A stretch of DNA of 64,000 nt, taken from NCBI GenBank assembly GCA_003233055.1, contig QIKP01000017.1, positions 8,299 to 72,298 of the forward strand. Reading direction: 5' to 3'. Positions 1 through 9,249 of this stretch are shown here, piece by piece (the first letter of the stretch is position 1; every line of letters begins with the position of its first letter). Below the pieces are notes generated by a model, which did not search any database, had not been told where the DNA came from, and saw only the letters and a list, made by a program, of their open reading frames with translations. The translations under genes were made by a program, and so were the position numbers. Source of the DNA: Planctomycetaceae bacterium (GTDB lineage Bacteria > Planctomycetota > Planctomycetia > Pirellulales > Lacipirellulaceae).

Positions 1-1
1 T

Positions 2-844
2 GTTCAAACACAATCCTATGGAAAATCGCAGGTTCGAGTTTCTCGAATAGCCTGCGAGGGTGACCAGCACCGAATTGCCGAACTGACCGTGTGGATCGAG
101 TTGCAGGGCGACTTCGACGCTGCGTATACCGATGCCGACAATTCACTCATCGTGCCAACCGATACGGTCAAAAACACCGTTTACGTACTCGCGAGCCAGC
201 ATGGCATCGATTCGATCGAGGCCTTCTGTTCGATCGTGGCAGAGCATTTCCTGCAGAGCTACGACCATGTCGACCTGGCGGTGGTCCATGGGGAAGAAAC
301 GCTCCGCGATCGCCTTCAGATCGGAGGCCAACCCCATCCCCACGCCTTCGAAGCACGGAGCGAACAAAATACTTGCGATGTCGTAGCGATGCGCGACGGG
401 ATAGCGCTCTCCGCCGGATTCGCGGGACTCGAGGTGCTCAAGACCACGGCGTCTAGTTTTGCCGGCTACCATCAGTGTGAGAACACAACGCTCCAGCCCG
501 TTGGAGATCGCATCTTTGCCACCAGCATCGAGGCAAGCTGGCCCTGCGGCGACGTCGAAGCCGACTGGACCTCGGCCCGCCGCACCATTCGGAATGCGCT
601 GGTTGAAGTTTTTGCGACGACTCTCAGTCCTTCGGTTCAGGCAACGCTCTACCAAATGGGGCGCAAGGGACTCGAAGCCTGCTCGCTCATCGATGAAATC
701 CACATCAGCCTCCCGAATCAGCATCATTTGTTGGCGGACCTTTCGCCATTTGGGTTGGAAAACCCAAACGAAGTCTTCATTCCCGTGAGCGAGCCGTTTG
801 GCAACATTCGTGCGACGATCGCCCGCAAGGAGAGCGCCGAGTGA
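2..844 (+). CDS. pucL: Cofactor-independent urate oxidase (uricase), 5' end truncated by window edge
   Basis: Frame is open from position 2 (VQTQSYGKSQVRVSRI..., the uricase N-terminal YGK motif); also PTDTVKNTVY, VLKTT, DRIFAT, SPSVQATLY, LPNQH and PFGNI motifs. Confidence 0.93.
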   Translation, partial: VQTQSYGKSQVRVSRIACEGDQHRIAELTVWIELQGDFDAAYTDADNSLIVPTDTVKNTVYVLASQHGIDSIEAFCSIVAEHFLQSYDHVDLAVVHGEETLRDRLQIGGQPHPHAFEARSEQNTCDVVAMRDGIALSAGFAGLEVLKTTASSFAGYHQCENTTLQPVGDRIFATSIEASWPCGDVEADWTSARRTIRNALVEVFATTLSPSVQATLYQMGRKGLEACSLIDEIHISLPNQHHLLADLSPFGLENPNEVFIPVSEPFGNIRATIARKESAE

Positions 845-2199
845 GCCCCGTTGGTCCACGATTCGCCCTGGTCAGTTCCCGCGTTGTCACTCCCGAGGGA
901 GTCGGCCCTCAAGCCGTCCTCGTCGCGGGTGATCAGATTGAAGCGGTCGTTCCTCCGCACGAGCTGCCGACCGATATCGATGCAATCGACTACGGCGACT
1001 TGGTCATCATGCCTGGCCTGGTCGATTCCCATGTCCACATCAACGAACCAGGCCGAACCGAATGGGAAGGATTTGAAACGGCAACCCGCGCCGCTGCGAG
1101 TGGCGGGGTGACGACACTCGTCGACATGCCGCTTAACTCCAGTCCGGTCACCACGACCCCTCGATCGCTCCAGAAGAAACAAGAAGCCTCGGCAGGAAAG
1201 ACCTGGGTCGATGTCGGTTTTTGGGGCGGACTCGTTCCGGGTAATCTTGGTGAACTGGAGTCGCTCGTTGGAGCAGGCGTTTGCGGAGTGAAGGCGTTTC
1301 TGTGCGATTCGGGACTGGATGAATTCCCAAGCGTCGACGAGGCGGTCCTCCGCCAAGCGATGCCAATCCTCGCCCGACTCGGCACGACGCTACTGGTTCA
1401 CGCCGAGCTACCCGATTCGCCATCCCCCGGCCTGGAAGTGAAAACGAGCTATCGCGACTACCTAGCGTCGCGGCCCGAGAAGTGGGAAACCGATGCGATC
1501 GAGTTGGTTCTTCGACTCTGCGAAGAATTCCGATGCCGGGTGCATGTTGTCCACCTAGCGAGTGGCGACGGGCTGGCTCTCATCGAATCGGCCAAGCGGC
1601 GTGGTTTACCGGTCACGGTAGAGACCTGCCCTCACTACCTGTATTTCGCAGCCGAGCGGATTCCCGACGCCGACCCCCGATTCAAATGCGCTCCCCCCCT
1701 TCGTGAGCAGCTGCATGGCGACCTGCTCTGGCGCGGCCTTCTGGAGGGAGCGATCGACCTCGTGGCGACCGACCACTCTCCCTGCCAGCCCGAGCGGAAG
1801 CACCTCGACGACGGAAATCTCGAAGCGGCCTGGGGAGGAATCGCAAGCCTGGGCCTCGCGCTCCCGATCGTATGGACGCGCGGCCGGGAAAGAAACCTTG
1901 ACTTCAGCCAGCTCTCAAAATTATTGTCGAGCGCTCCGGCGCGACTTGCGGGCCTTGCCGACCGTAAGGGAACCATTGCGCCAGGGAAAGATGCCGACCT
2001 CGTCGTATGGGATCCCGATGCGTCTTGGACCGTCAACGCCTCCCAGCTCCTGTTCCGCCACAAAATAACACCCTACGATGGCGAGTCACTGGTCGGAAAG
2101 GTGGTGAGGACTTATCTTCGTGGCCATTTGATTTATGATGTCGGCCAATTGATCGGCGAACCAACCGGGAATCTCCTACGTCCCCACAAAATCCTCTAG
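841..2199 (+). CDS. allB: Allantoinase
   Basis: PGLVDSHVHINEPGRTEWEGF, GGVTTLVDMPLN, ETCPHYL, KCAPPLR, ATDHSP amidohydrolase motifs; overlaps uricase stop by 4 nt. Confidence 0.93.
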   Translation: MSPVGPRFALVSSRVVTPEGVGPQAVLVAGDQIEAVVPPHELPTDIDAIDYGDLVIMPGLVDSHVHINEPGRTEWEGFETATRAAASGGVTTLVDMPLNSSPVTTTPRSLQKKQEASAGKTWVDVGFWGGLVPGNLGELESLVGAGVCGVKAFLCDSGLDEFPSVDEAVLRQAMPILARLGTTLLVHAELPDSPSPGLEVKTSYRDYLASRPEKWETDAIELVLRLCEEFRCRVHVVHLASGDGLALIESAKRRGLPVTVETCPHYLYFAAERIPDADPRFKCAPPLREQLHGDLLWRGLLEGAIDLVATDHSPCQPERKHLDDGNLEAAWGGIASLGLALPIVWTRGRERNLDFSQLSKLLSSAPARLAGLADRKGTIAPGKDADLVVWDPDASWTVNASQLLFRHKITPYDGESLVGKVVRTYLRGHLIYDVGQLIGEPTGNLLRPHKIL

Positions 2200-2210
2200 G
2201 CCAGTGCCAA

Positions 2211-2717
2211 GTGTCCTTAGCAAAATATCTCAACTCGCTGGAGGTCGGTCGCTGCGAGGCAGAATTAAGGCAATGCTGCGCGGCGGAGGCATGGGTGCGA
2301 GGAATGCTCGACAGACGGCCTTTTGACAGCAGCCTCTCGGTTCGTAGCGCAGCCGAGACGATCTGGAAATCGCTCTCGGAAGCCGACTGGCGGGAAGCGT
2401 TCGAGGCCCATCCGCGCATTGGCGATCTCACCTCGCTTCAAGACAAATTTGGCGCTACGCGAGACTGGGCCGAGGGAGAACAATCGGGCGCGGCGGCAGC
2501 GGACATCGAGACACTCCAGCGTCTTGCCGATCTGAACCAAAAATACCTGGATCGATTCGGATATCTCTTCATCGTCTGCGCGACCGGCAAGACGGCGGCC
2601 CAGATGCTCGCTCTCCTCAAGGCCCGGCTGCCCAACCGACCAGAGGTCGAGATCAAAATCGCAGCGGCCGAGCAACTCAAAATCACCCTCCTTCGATTAG
2701 CAAAGCTGGTACCATGA
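2211..2717 (+). CDS. uraD: OHCU decarboxylase
   Basis: AHPRIG, EQSGA, LNQKYLDRFGYLFIVCATGK, EQLKIT motifs; operon context. Confidence 0.92.
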   Translation: MSLAKYLNSLEVGRCEAELRQCCAAEAWVRGMLDRRPFDSSLSVRSAAETIWKSLSEADWREAFEAHPRIGDLTSLQDKFGATRDWAEGEQSGAAAADIETLQRLADLNQKYLDRFGYLFIVCATGKTAAQMLALLKARLPNRPEVEIKIAAAEQLKITLLRLAKLVP

Positions 2718-3052
2718 GCCCGATAACCACCCACGTTCTCGATACGTCGCTCGGGCAGCCCGCCGAGGGGATGGTCATCCGGCTGGAGCAAGAGACCTCC
2801 GAAGAATGGAACGCCTTGGCCAGCGGAGTGACCGATTCGGACGGGCGAATTGTCGATTGGCTCCCGACCGGTTCGCTGGAGATCGGCACCTATCGGCTCG
2901 TCTTCGCGACAGGGGATTACTTCTCGCGGCTTGGCATCGAAGCCTTCTATCCCCGAGTGACCGTGGAGTGGACCCTCTCGGACTCCGATTCCCACTACCA
3001 TGTGCCGCTACTCTTAAGTCCTTTCGGATATTCGACTTATCGTGGGAGTTGA
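2714..3052 (+). CDS. uraH: 5-hydroxyisourate hydrolase (transthyretin-like)
   Basis: ITTHVLDT, TDSDGR, HYHVPLLLSPFGYSTYRGS C-terminal signature. Confidence 0.96.
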   Translation: MSPITTHVLDTSLGQPAEGMVIRLEQETSEEWNALASGVTDSDGRIVDWLPTGSLEIGTYRLVFATGDYFSRLGIEAFYPRVTVEWTLSDSDSHYHVPLLLSPFGYSTYRGS

Positions 3053-3077
3053 CGCCCCCTTCTTCCAATGTCCCCCC

Positions 3078-3102
3078 TAGCCGACGAGCTACGCCTCGTC
3101 GG
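3078..3102 (+). repeat. REP-like hairpin, family 1 (TAGCCGACGAGCTACGCCTCGTCGG)
   Basis: 8-bp stem CCGACGAG/CTCGTCGG; same sequence recurs at 27277, 31145, 31181, 36773, 47941. Confidence 0.9.
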
Positions 3103-3258
3103 GGCGAACCGTCCCCTCCCATCCCTTCTATTCCTCATTATCCGATGGCTGCTCGGGGGACGCTTTCTGTGACCTAGCTTTGGAAGGACGTTAGGGCGCG
3201 AAGTCTGCGTTCCTTCCCTCTGCCAACGCTGTCCGTCAATCCCAAGCCGCGCGTATCC

Positions 3259-4659
3259 ATGACCACCGCCGTCGCACCAGAACCTTCTTCCGCGCTGCTT
3301 GAATCTCTTCTGGGGGAGGGGACGTTCTCTCCTCAGGAGCCACAGACGCTCGAAGAAGTCGGGGTAAGCTCCGTTCTGATCGAAGGGTTGGCGATCAAGT
3401 ACCTGCTACAGGTCGGGACCTCCACCGGTCGGGACCTCGCGGACAAGCTCTGCCTTCCTTTTCCGTTGGTGGAAGAGATCCTCGTAGGGTTGCGCACCCG
3501 GCAAGTCGTCGTCCATATGGGGCAGGGGCAGTTCAATGACTACAGCTATCGGCTCACCGACGATGGGGCGGAGAGAGCTCGGGCGGCCATGCAGGCCTGT
3601 GCCTACATTGGCCCGGTGCCCGTACCACTCGAGGAGTACATCGTGTCGGTGGAGGCCCAGACAATTCGTGCCGAAGCGGTACTGCGAAGGGACTTGGCCA
3701 AGGCCTTTGAAGGCATCTCCGTTGAGCCAAAGATGCTCGACATCCTGGGCCCTGCCATCAACAGTGGGGCGGGCCTCTTCCTTTACGGCGCTCCGGGAAA
3801 TGGAAAAACAACCCTCGCCAAGCGGATTACCCGCTGCTTTGGCAACTCCATATGGATTCCTCGCACGCTGATCGAAGATGGGCAATTCGTCAAATTATTT
3901 GACGCCGCCTTTCACGAACCGATCGAGGCGACCCAATCGAGCATCATCAAAAGCGAGACCGTCGACAATCGCTGGATCAAGATTGGCCGGCCGACGGTCG
4001 TCGTGGGTGGCGAGCTGACGATGGACAGCCTCGAAATTCGCCACGACCCGGTTGCGAACGTCAGCGAAGCCTCGCTGCAACTCAAGAGCAACGGGGGCTG
4101 CCTACTCATCGATGACTTCGGTCGTCAACGCGTCGAGCCGACGGAGCTCCTCAATCGATGGATCGTTCCTCTGGAAAATCGTTTCGATTTCCTCTCCCTG
4201 GCGACCGGCCGGAAGATTCAGGTCCCGTTCGACCAACTGATTATTTTCTCCACCAACCTTGAACCGGACGACCTCGCCGACGAGGCATTTCTTCGGCGTA
4301 TTCCTTACAAAGTCGAAGTGGGCGATCCAGGACTTACCGAATTTCGCCAGCTATTCAAGCATTGCTGCGACTCCCTCGGGTGCGGCTATCGCCCCGAAGC
4401 GGTGGACTATCTGGTGGAGAAACACTACCGACCCCTCGGCCGGCCGCTACGGCGATGCCAAGCCCGCGACCTGCTGGCCCAGATTAAAAACTACTGCATC
4501 TACGAAGGGGTTTCCCTTGAATTGCGCCCTGACTACCTCGACCGAGCGGTGAGCGGCTACTTCACCGCTACCGGCAGCGAGAAGGCGAGCAGCGTCACCG
4601 ACCCGTCGGGCCAACCGAGCGACACGGCGGCAACTCCGGAGGCATCGAACCAAACGTGA
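3259..4659 (+). CDS. AAA+ ATPase with N-terminal winged-helix-like region
   Basis: Walker [10 protein letters not shown], Walker B LLIDDFG, FSTN sensor region, AFLRRI; paralogue at 52108-53616. Confidence 0.85.
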   Translation: MTTAVAPEPSSALLESLLGEGTFSPQEPQTLEEVGVSSVLIEGLAIKYLLQVGTSTGRDLADKLCLPFPLVEEILVGLRTRQVVVHMGQGQFNDYSYRLTDDGAERARAAMQACAYIGPVPVPLEEYIVSVEAQTIRAEAVLRRDLAKAFEGISVEPKMLDILGPAINSGAGLFLYGAPGNGKTTLAKRITRCFGNSIWIPRTLIEDGQFVKLFDAAFHEPIEATQSSIIKSETVDNRWIKIGRPTVVVGGELTMDSLEIRHDPVANVSEASLQLKSNGGCLLIDDFGRQRVEPTELLNRWIVPLENRFDFLSLATGRKIQVPFDQLIIFSTNLEPDDLADEAFLRRIPYKVEVGDPGLTEFRQLFKHCCDSLGCGYRPEAVDYLVEKHYRPLGRPLRRCQARDLLAQIKNYCIYEGVSLELRPDYLDRAVSGYFTATGSEKASSVTDPSGQPSDTAATPEASNQT

Positions 4660-7600
4660 GTCCTGACTCCGCTCAACCCGATGTTGCCCTTCCCGGCTAC
4701 CAATTTTTCGACCGCCTCGGTTCAGGTGGGTACGGAGAGGTCTGGCGTGCCGAAGCACCTGGCGGTCTAGCCAAGGCGGTGAAGCTCGTCTTTGGACGTT
4801 ACGATCAGCGGCGTGCTTCGGTCGAGATGCGAGCCATGGAGCGAATGAAATCGCTCCGCCATCCCTTCTTGCTTTCGCTCGAACGGATCGAGATCGTCGA
4901 GAATCGACTTTTTATCGTCACGGAACTTGCGGATGGAAGCCTCCGCGATCGGTTCCGTGAATGCCAAGCGACTGGGTTGCCTGGGATTCCTCGCGACGAG
5001 CTTCTCCACTACCTCAGCAATGCTGCCGATGCGCTCGACTTCCTTTGCGACCAAAGCGAGTTGCAGCATCTGGACGTGAAGCCCGAGAATCTGCTCCTGG
5101 TCGCGGGGCACGTTAAGGTCGCCGACTTCGGATTGGTCAAAGATATTCACTCGACTCAGGCATCCCTGGTGGGCGGGATGACCCCGAGCTACGCAGCCCC
5201 CGAGTTGTTCCAAGGTTGCCCGACCCGACACAGCGATCAGTATAGTTTGGCCATTCTTTTCCAAGAAATGCTCACCGGTACGCTTCCCTTCCAGGGGGCG
5301 ACGGCAGCCGAACTGACGCTCCAACATATCAACGGATCCCCCCAACTCGAATCGCTGTCGGAAGGCGATCGGTTCACCCTTTCCCAGGCGCTCTCCAAGG
5401 AAGCGGACCACCGGTTTCCCAGTTGTCGCGACTTGGTCAAGGCGCTCCGAAGTCGATCGTTGGCCGACTCCTCGGCTGCCGAAGACTCCACCGAGACTCC
5501 GGCAGCCGACGGACCCGCTCACTCGGTGTCTCGGTTTAAAGGAGCGGTCCAGCCGCCGGCAAGCCACTCCGTAACGCAAGTGTTTGACGAGGACCAGGCG
5601 AGTTGGTCGGAGCAATCCAAGCCGGTCTTGTTCGATCTGCCTGAGATGGAGCCTTGTCAGCAAGTATCGCCGCCCGACTTTCATGCGGAGGAGGTGCCTC
5701 TAACCCCTTCGGTAGTGATCGGACTGGGAGGAACCGCCGCCTCGGTCATGAGGGCGCTCCGTGAAAAAGTCGCCAATAGCTTGGGAAACGAGGCCGAACA
5801 ATCGGTCATAGAGATGCTATTGATCGACACCGATGCTTCGACCATTTCGGCCGCTGTTCGAGAGTCCGACGAGGGGCCTCCCCTCGCACCGCAAGAAACC
5901 CTTTGTGCCGCCCTGAGGCGACCTCAAGATTATCGAAACGATTCTTCTCGGCTGCTTCGATGGATTTCCCGGCGTTGGCTCTACAATATCCCAAAATCGC
6001 TACTCACCGGTGGCATCCGACCGCTCGGTCGATTGGCGATGGTCGACCATGCACGTCAAGTCTGCCAGCGGATTCGGCTTGTGTTGCAACAAGCGGTGGA
6101 CCCCGAACGCCTCGCAGAGATCGAAACCTCAACCGGAATCCGATTTCAACGCGACGCCGTGAGAGTTTATTTAGTCGGATCGATCTCCGGTGGCACTGGC
6201 AGTGGCATGATGCTCGACGTGGCGTATCTCGTTCGTGCGAGTCTTGACCGGATGGAATTGGACGAAAAACGCCTCCTTGGTATCGCCGCCCACTCAACGA
6301 GCCGCGATGCGGAGAAAGGGGAGCTCGGCCGGGTCAATGCCTTTGCATGGCTGGCGGAACTCGACTACCTCTCTCAACCGGAAGTAGCCTATCCTGGTGA
6401 CGACAGCGCGGGCCTTCCTCGGCACGACGCTTCGGTTCGCCCCTTCGACGACGCCTACCTCGTCAACATGGGCGAGCGACTCGCACCAGCAATGTTCTCC
6501 AAACAGACGAGCTCGATTGCCGACTACCTGTTTGTCGACATGCTCACACCAGGACAGCAAGTCCTCGACACCTTCCGAAAGATAAAGCCGGACGACGACT
6601 CGGGATCTGGAACTCCCCTTCGGACCTTTGCCTTGCGCCGGACCACGCGGCTCTCTCCGGAGGCCTCTCACGATTGGGCTTCCTTGATTCGGCAACGGCT
6701 ACTGGAAAGCTGGTGTGGGCAATCCTTCAAGTCTCCCTCGGCAGCTGCGCCGACCTCCGACAAAACTCCCGGATCGACTTCAACAGGAAAGATCGTTCGC
6801 GGGGCGGCTCAGTTTGTCGGCCAGCATCCGATCGACGTAGCCGGCCTCGCAGCGCTTGGTCGAACCGGCGTCGAGAAAAAGTTGGGAGGCAACGCCCTCC
6901 GTCGGCTTCGGCAAGCGATCCAGGAGGCGGGTTACTCGCCCGACACACTCACTCGCGAGAAGGGGGTCGAGCTTTTCAACGGCCTTATTCCGTGCGAATC
7001 TCTAAGCAAGCCCCAGCATTGGCGAATCGCCGGCCAGAGAGTGTCGACCGTCGCAGCGGAGGTAAGCGAACGTCTTGCCAACGATTTGACCCGTTGGATC
7101 CTGGAGCGATGCAACCTGCCCCAGGAGCGCCTCCCAAGCGCCGAACGGGCCGTCGAATGGTTTCGAGACCACCTGCAATCCTTATCGGTACCCCTTGAAA
7201 AGATGCGACGTTCGCTAGCGTCGCAAAGCTCAGCGATTCTAGAAACCTCGCCTCCCGAGTCGAAGGACGAAATCGGCAGGCAGATCGTACGGCTGTGGAA
7301 ACTCCGAATCGATCAGGCGGCGATCGGCGTCGCTTGCCAAGTGGTTATCGAATTAGCTCGAACACTGGACTCGGTCAGTGAACGTCTTGGCTCGGCGCGC
7401 AAAGGATTCCAAGCGATACTCGCCGATTCTCCCTCCGCAAAAGAAGTCTCTGAAAAAATAGAGGTTCCCGTAGGGCCATGGATCGCGCGTTGGATCACCG
7501 AACTCGACCAACAACTGACTGGAAATCTTGTGGACGAGGAGGGTCGCTTTGTCCACTTGAGTCACGAACCAGAAGGAAATCAACACTTCGCCGACAGAAT

Positions 7601-8084
7601 TCAGCGCGAAGCGGAGGAGCTGGTGAGCCAATCGCCCACCCTTCACAAGATGGCCGCCCAGAATGCAGGGATGGCGTCCTTAGGAGAAGAGTCCGAGACG
7701 CTCTCGAATGCCTTGCACCCATACTTCGATTCACAAGGAGGGGAATACTGCCACCTGCTCCTGACCCCCGAGTGCAACGATTCTTTGGAAAACAACCCGA
7801 TGGAGTCCCTCGGGGCCGTTCGCATCGCGACTTCCTTGCCCGATGCCTACTGCGTGGCCGAGGCCTGGGGGCTTTCGGTCCTTCATGTTGCGGCCGAACT
7901 TGTCGGCGGCCGGCACGACTACGCCCAGTTGGCGTCGCGCGTCCACTCTCGGCAAGATATTGAGTGGCCCTGTTTGATTGACAATTTGGCACCCGAGGAG
8001 GTACGCGTCGCCGAAAGCGAGGTCCTCAGCACCCAAGTGTTGGCACTCCCGTCCGAATCGATGGTCCGTGTTCCTAACGCATAA
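4656..8084 (+). CDS. Ser/Thr protein kinase fused to a tubulin/FtsZ-like (Tubulin_2-type) domain and helical C-terminus
   Basis: Kinase: GSGGYGEVW, AVK, HLDVKPEN, DFG, YAAPE, DQYSLA. Tubulin-like: VIGLGGTA, LIDTD, GSISGGTGSG, NAFAWLAELD, PFDDAYLV. Confidence 0.88.
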   Translation: MSPDSAQPDVALPGYQFFDRLGSGGYGEVWRAEAPGGLAKAVKLVFGRYDQRRASVEMRAMERMKSLRHPFLLSLERIEIVENRLFIVTELADGSLRDRFRECQATGLPGIPRDELLHYLSNAADALDFLCDQSELQHLDVKPENLLLVAGHVKVADFGLVKDIHSTQASLVGGMTPSYAAPELFQGCPTRHSDQYSLAILFQEMLTGTLPFQGATAAELTLQHINGSPQLESLSEGDRFTLSQALSKEADHRFPSCRDLVKALRSRSLADSSAAEDSTETPAADGPAHSVSRFKGAVQPPASHSVTQVFDEDQASWSEQSKPVLFDLPEMEPCQQVSPPDFHAEEVPLTPSVVIGLGGTAASVMRALREKVANSLGNEAEQSVIEMLLIDTDASTISAAVRESDEGPPLAPQETLCAALRRPQDYRNDSSRLLRWISRRWLYNIPKSLLTGGIRPLGRLAMVDHARQVCQRIRLVLQQAVDPERLAEIETSTGIRFQRDAVRVYLVGSISGGTGSGMMLDVAYLVRASLDRMELDEKRLLGIAAHSTSRDAEKGELGRVNAFAWLAELDYLSQPEVAYPGDDSAGLPRHDASVRPFDDAYLVNMGERLAPAMFSKQTSSIADYLFVDMLTPGQQVLDTFRKIKPDDDSGSGTPLRTFALRRTTRLSPEASHDWASLIRQRLLESWCGQSFKSPSAAAPTSDKTPGSTSTGKIVRGAAQFVGQHPIDVAGLAALGRTGVEKKLGGNALRRLRQAIQEAGYSPDTLTREKGVELFNGLIPCESLSKPQHWRIAGQRVSTVAAEVSERLANDLTRWILERCNLPQERLPSAERAVEWFRDHLQSLSVPLEKMRRSLASQSSAILETSPPESKDEIGRQIVRLWKLRIDQAAIGVACQVVIELARTLDSVSERLGSARKGFQAILADSPSAKEVSEKIEVPVGPWIARWITELDQQLTGNLVDEEGRFVHLSHEPEGNQHFADRIQREAEELVSQSPTLHKMAAQNAGMASLGEESETLSNALHPYFDSQGGEYCHLLLTPECNDSLENNPMESLGAVRIATSLPDAYCVAEAWGLSVLHVAAELVGGRHDYAQLASRVHSRQDIEWPCLIDNLAPEEVRVAESEVLSTQVLALPSESMVRVPNA

Positions 8085-8121
8085 ACCTCCCTTCTTCTCT
8101 TGCAACCCTATTGGCACCACG

Positions 8122-9249
8122 ATGAATTCCTCGCTCTTCTCTGCCCCTTCGATCTGGACCCTCAGTGGACAGATTTCGGACGATGACTCGATGCGTCGAT
8201 TCACGCTCGACCTTTCTCCCTTCACGGTCGGACGGCGTCCCGATCGCTCGTTGACCCTACCGAGCGCGACCGTTTCGGGCAAGCATGCGGAATTTCTTAT
8301 TGAAGGCGAACAGCTTTACGTCCACGATCTTGGTAGCACCAATGGCACGTTCGTCAACGGCGACCGTGTGCGAGATCGCTGCGTGGTGAACCACGGCGAC
8401 CTCGTGCAATTCGCCCAGATCGTTTTCCGCACTAGCCGCGATACGGCGGCCACGCACCACTCCACGGTCGAAAACAACTCGGCCGATCGCGCATTAGCCC
8501 TCATCCAGTTCGACAAACTGATGACCGACCGGGCTGTCTTGCCTCACTTCCAACCGATCATCACGATCGACGACCGGGCGATCATCGGCTACGAAGTTCT
8601 CGGGCGCAGCCGGCTCTTTGGGCTCGCAGATCCCCATACGATGTTCATGGCGGCGGCGGTGCTCAATCTGGAATCGGAGCTAAGCCGTATTTTTCGTGTG
8701 GAAGGCATTCGCGAGGGGAAACCGTTGCCTTCGCAGCAGTTGTTCTTCGTCAATACCCACCCCAACGAAATCGCCGACCTCGAGTTGTTGATCTTCTCCC
8801 TTCGTGAACTACGAGAAATGGTTCCCGACAGGCCCATTATCCTGGAAATCCACGAAGCGACCGCTACCAAGACCACCGAGATGCGCGAGCTTCGCGCCGC
8901 GCTTACGGACCTCGATATGGGCCTCGCGTACGACGACTTTGGTGCGGGACAGGCAAGGCTCGTGGAGCTGGTCGATGTGCCGCCCGACTATCTGAAGTTC
9001 GACATGGCGCTGGTCCAAGGCATCGCCAGTGCCAGTCTTGGTCGTCAGCAAATGGTGAAGCAGCTTGTGCAGATGACGCGCGATCTGGGAATCCAACCGC
9101 TGGCCGAGGGAATCGAAACGGAAGAAGACCATGCCCTCTGCTCGGAAATCGGATTCTCGACCGCTCAAGGATTCCTTTACGGAAAGCCGGCCACGGCCAA
9201 AGCAACCCTCGCATCAGTTCAACAGGTCGCGGAATCGGCGCTGAGCTAG
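8122..9249 (+). CDS. FHA domain + EAL c-di-GMP phosphodiesterase
   Basis: FHA: VGRR...SGKHA...DLGSTNGTFVNG; EAL: FQPI, GYEVLGR, FVN, EIHE, DDFGAG, YLKFD, AEGIET, QGFLY. Start taken at ATG 8122. Confidence 0.9.
   Translation: MNSSLFSAPSIWTLSGQISDDDSMRRFTLDLSPFTVGRRPDRSLTLPSATVSGKHAEFLIEGEQLYVHDLGSTNGTFVNGDRVRDRCVVNHGDLVQFAQIVFRTSRDTAATHHSTVENNSADRALALIQFDKLMTDRAVLPHFQPIITIDDRAIIGYEVLGRSRLFGLADPHTMFMAAAVLNLESELSRIFRVEGIREGKPLPSQQLFFVNTHPNEIADLELLIFSLRELREMVPDRPIILEIHEATATKTTEMRELRAALTDLDMGLAYDDFGAGQARLVELVDVPPDYLKFDMALVQGIASASLGRQQMVKQLVQMTRDLGIQPLAEGIETEEDHALCSEIGFSTAQGFLYGKPATAKATLASVQQVAESALS

Noticed and set aside
5707-6560. Canonical cell-division ftsZ
   Set aside because: Embedded in a kinase fusion, divergent T1 loop, no FtsZ C-terminal peptide, no dcw context
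7978-8121. Upstream-extended starts in the ORF track (also fucI, pduL, AldDH, prpB, cca, DUF1559, esterase)
   Set aside because: Extensions overlap neighbouring genes or repeats and lack family motifs; downstream starts fit SD positions or domain boundaries better
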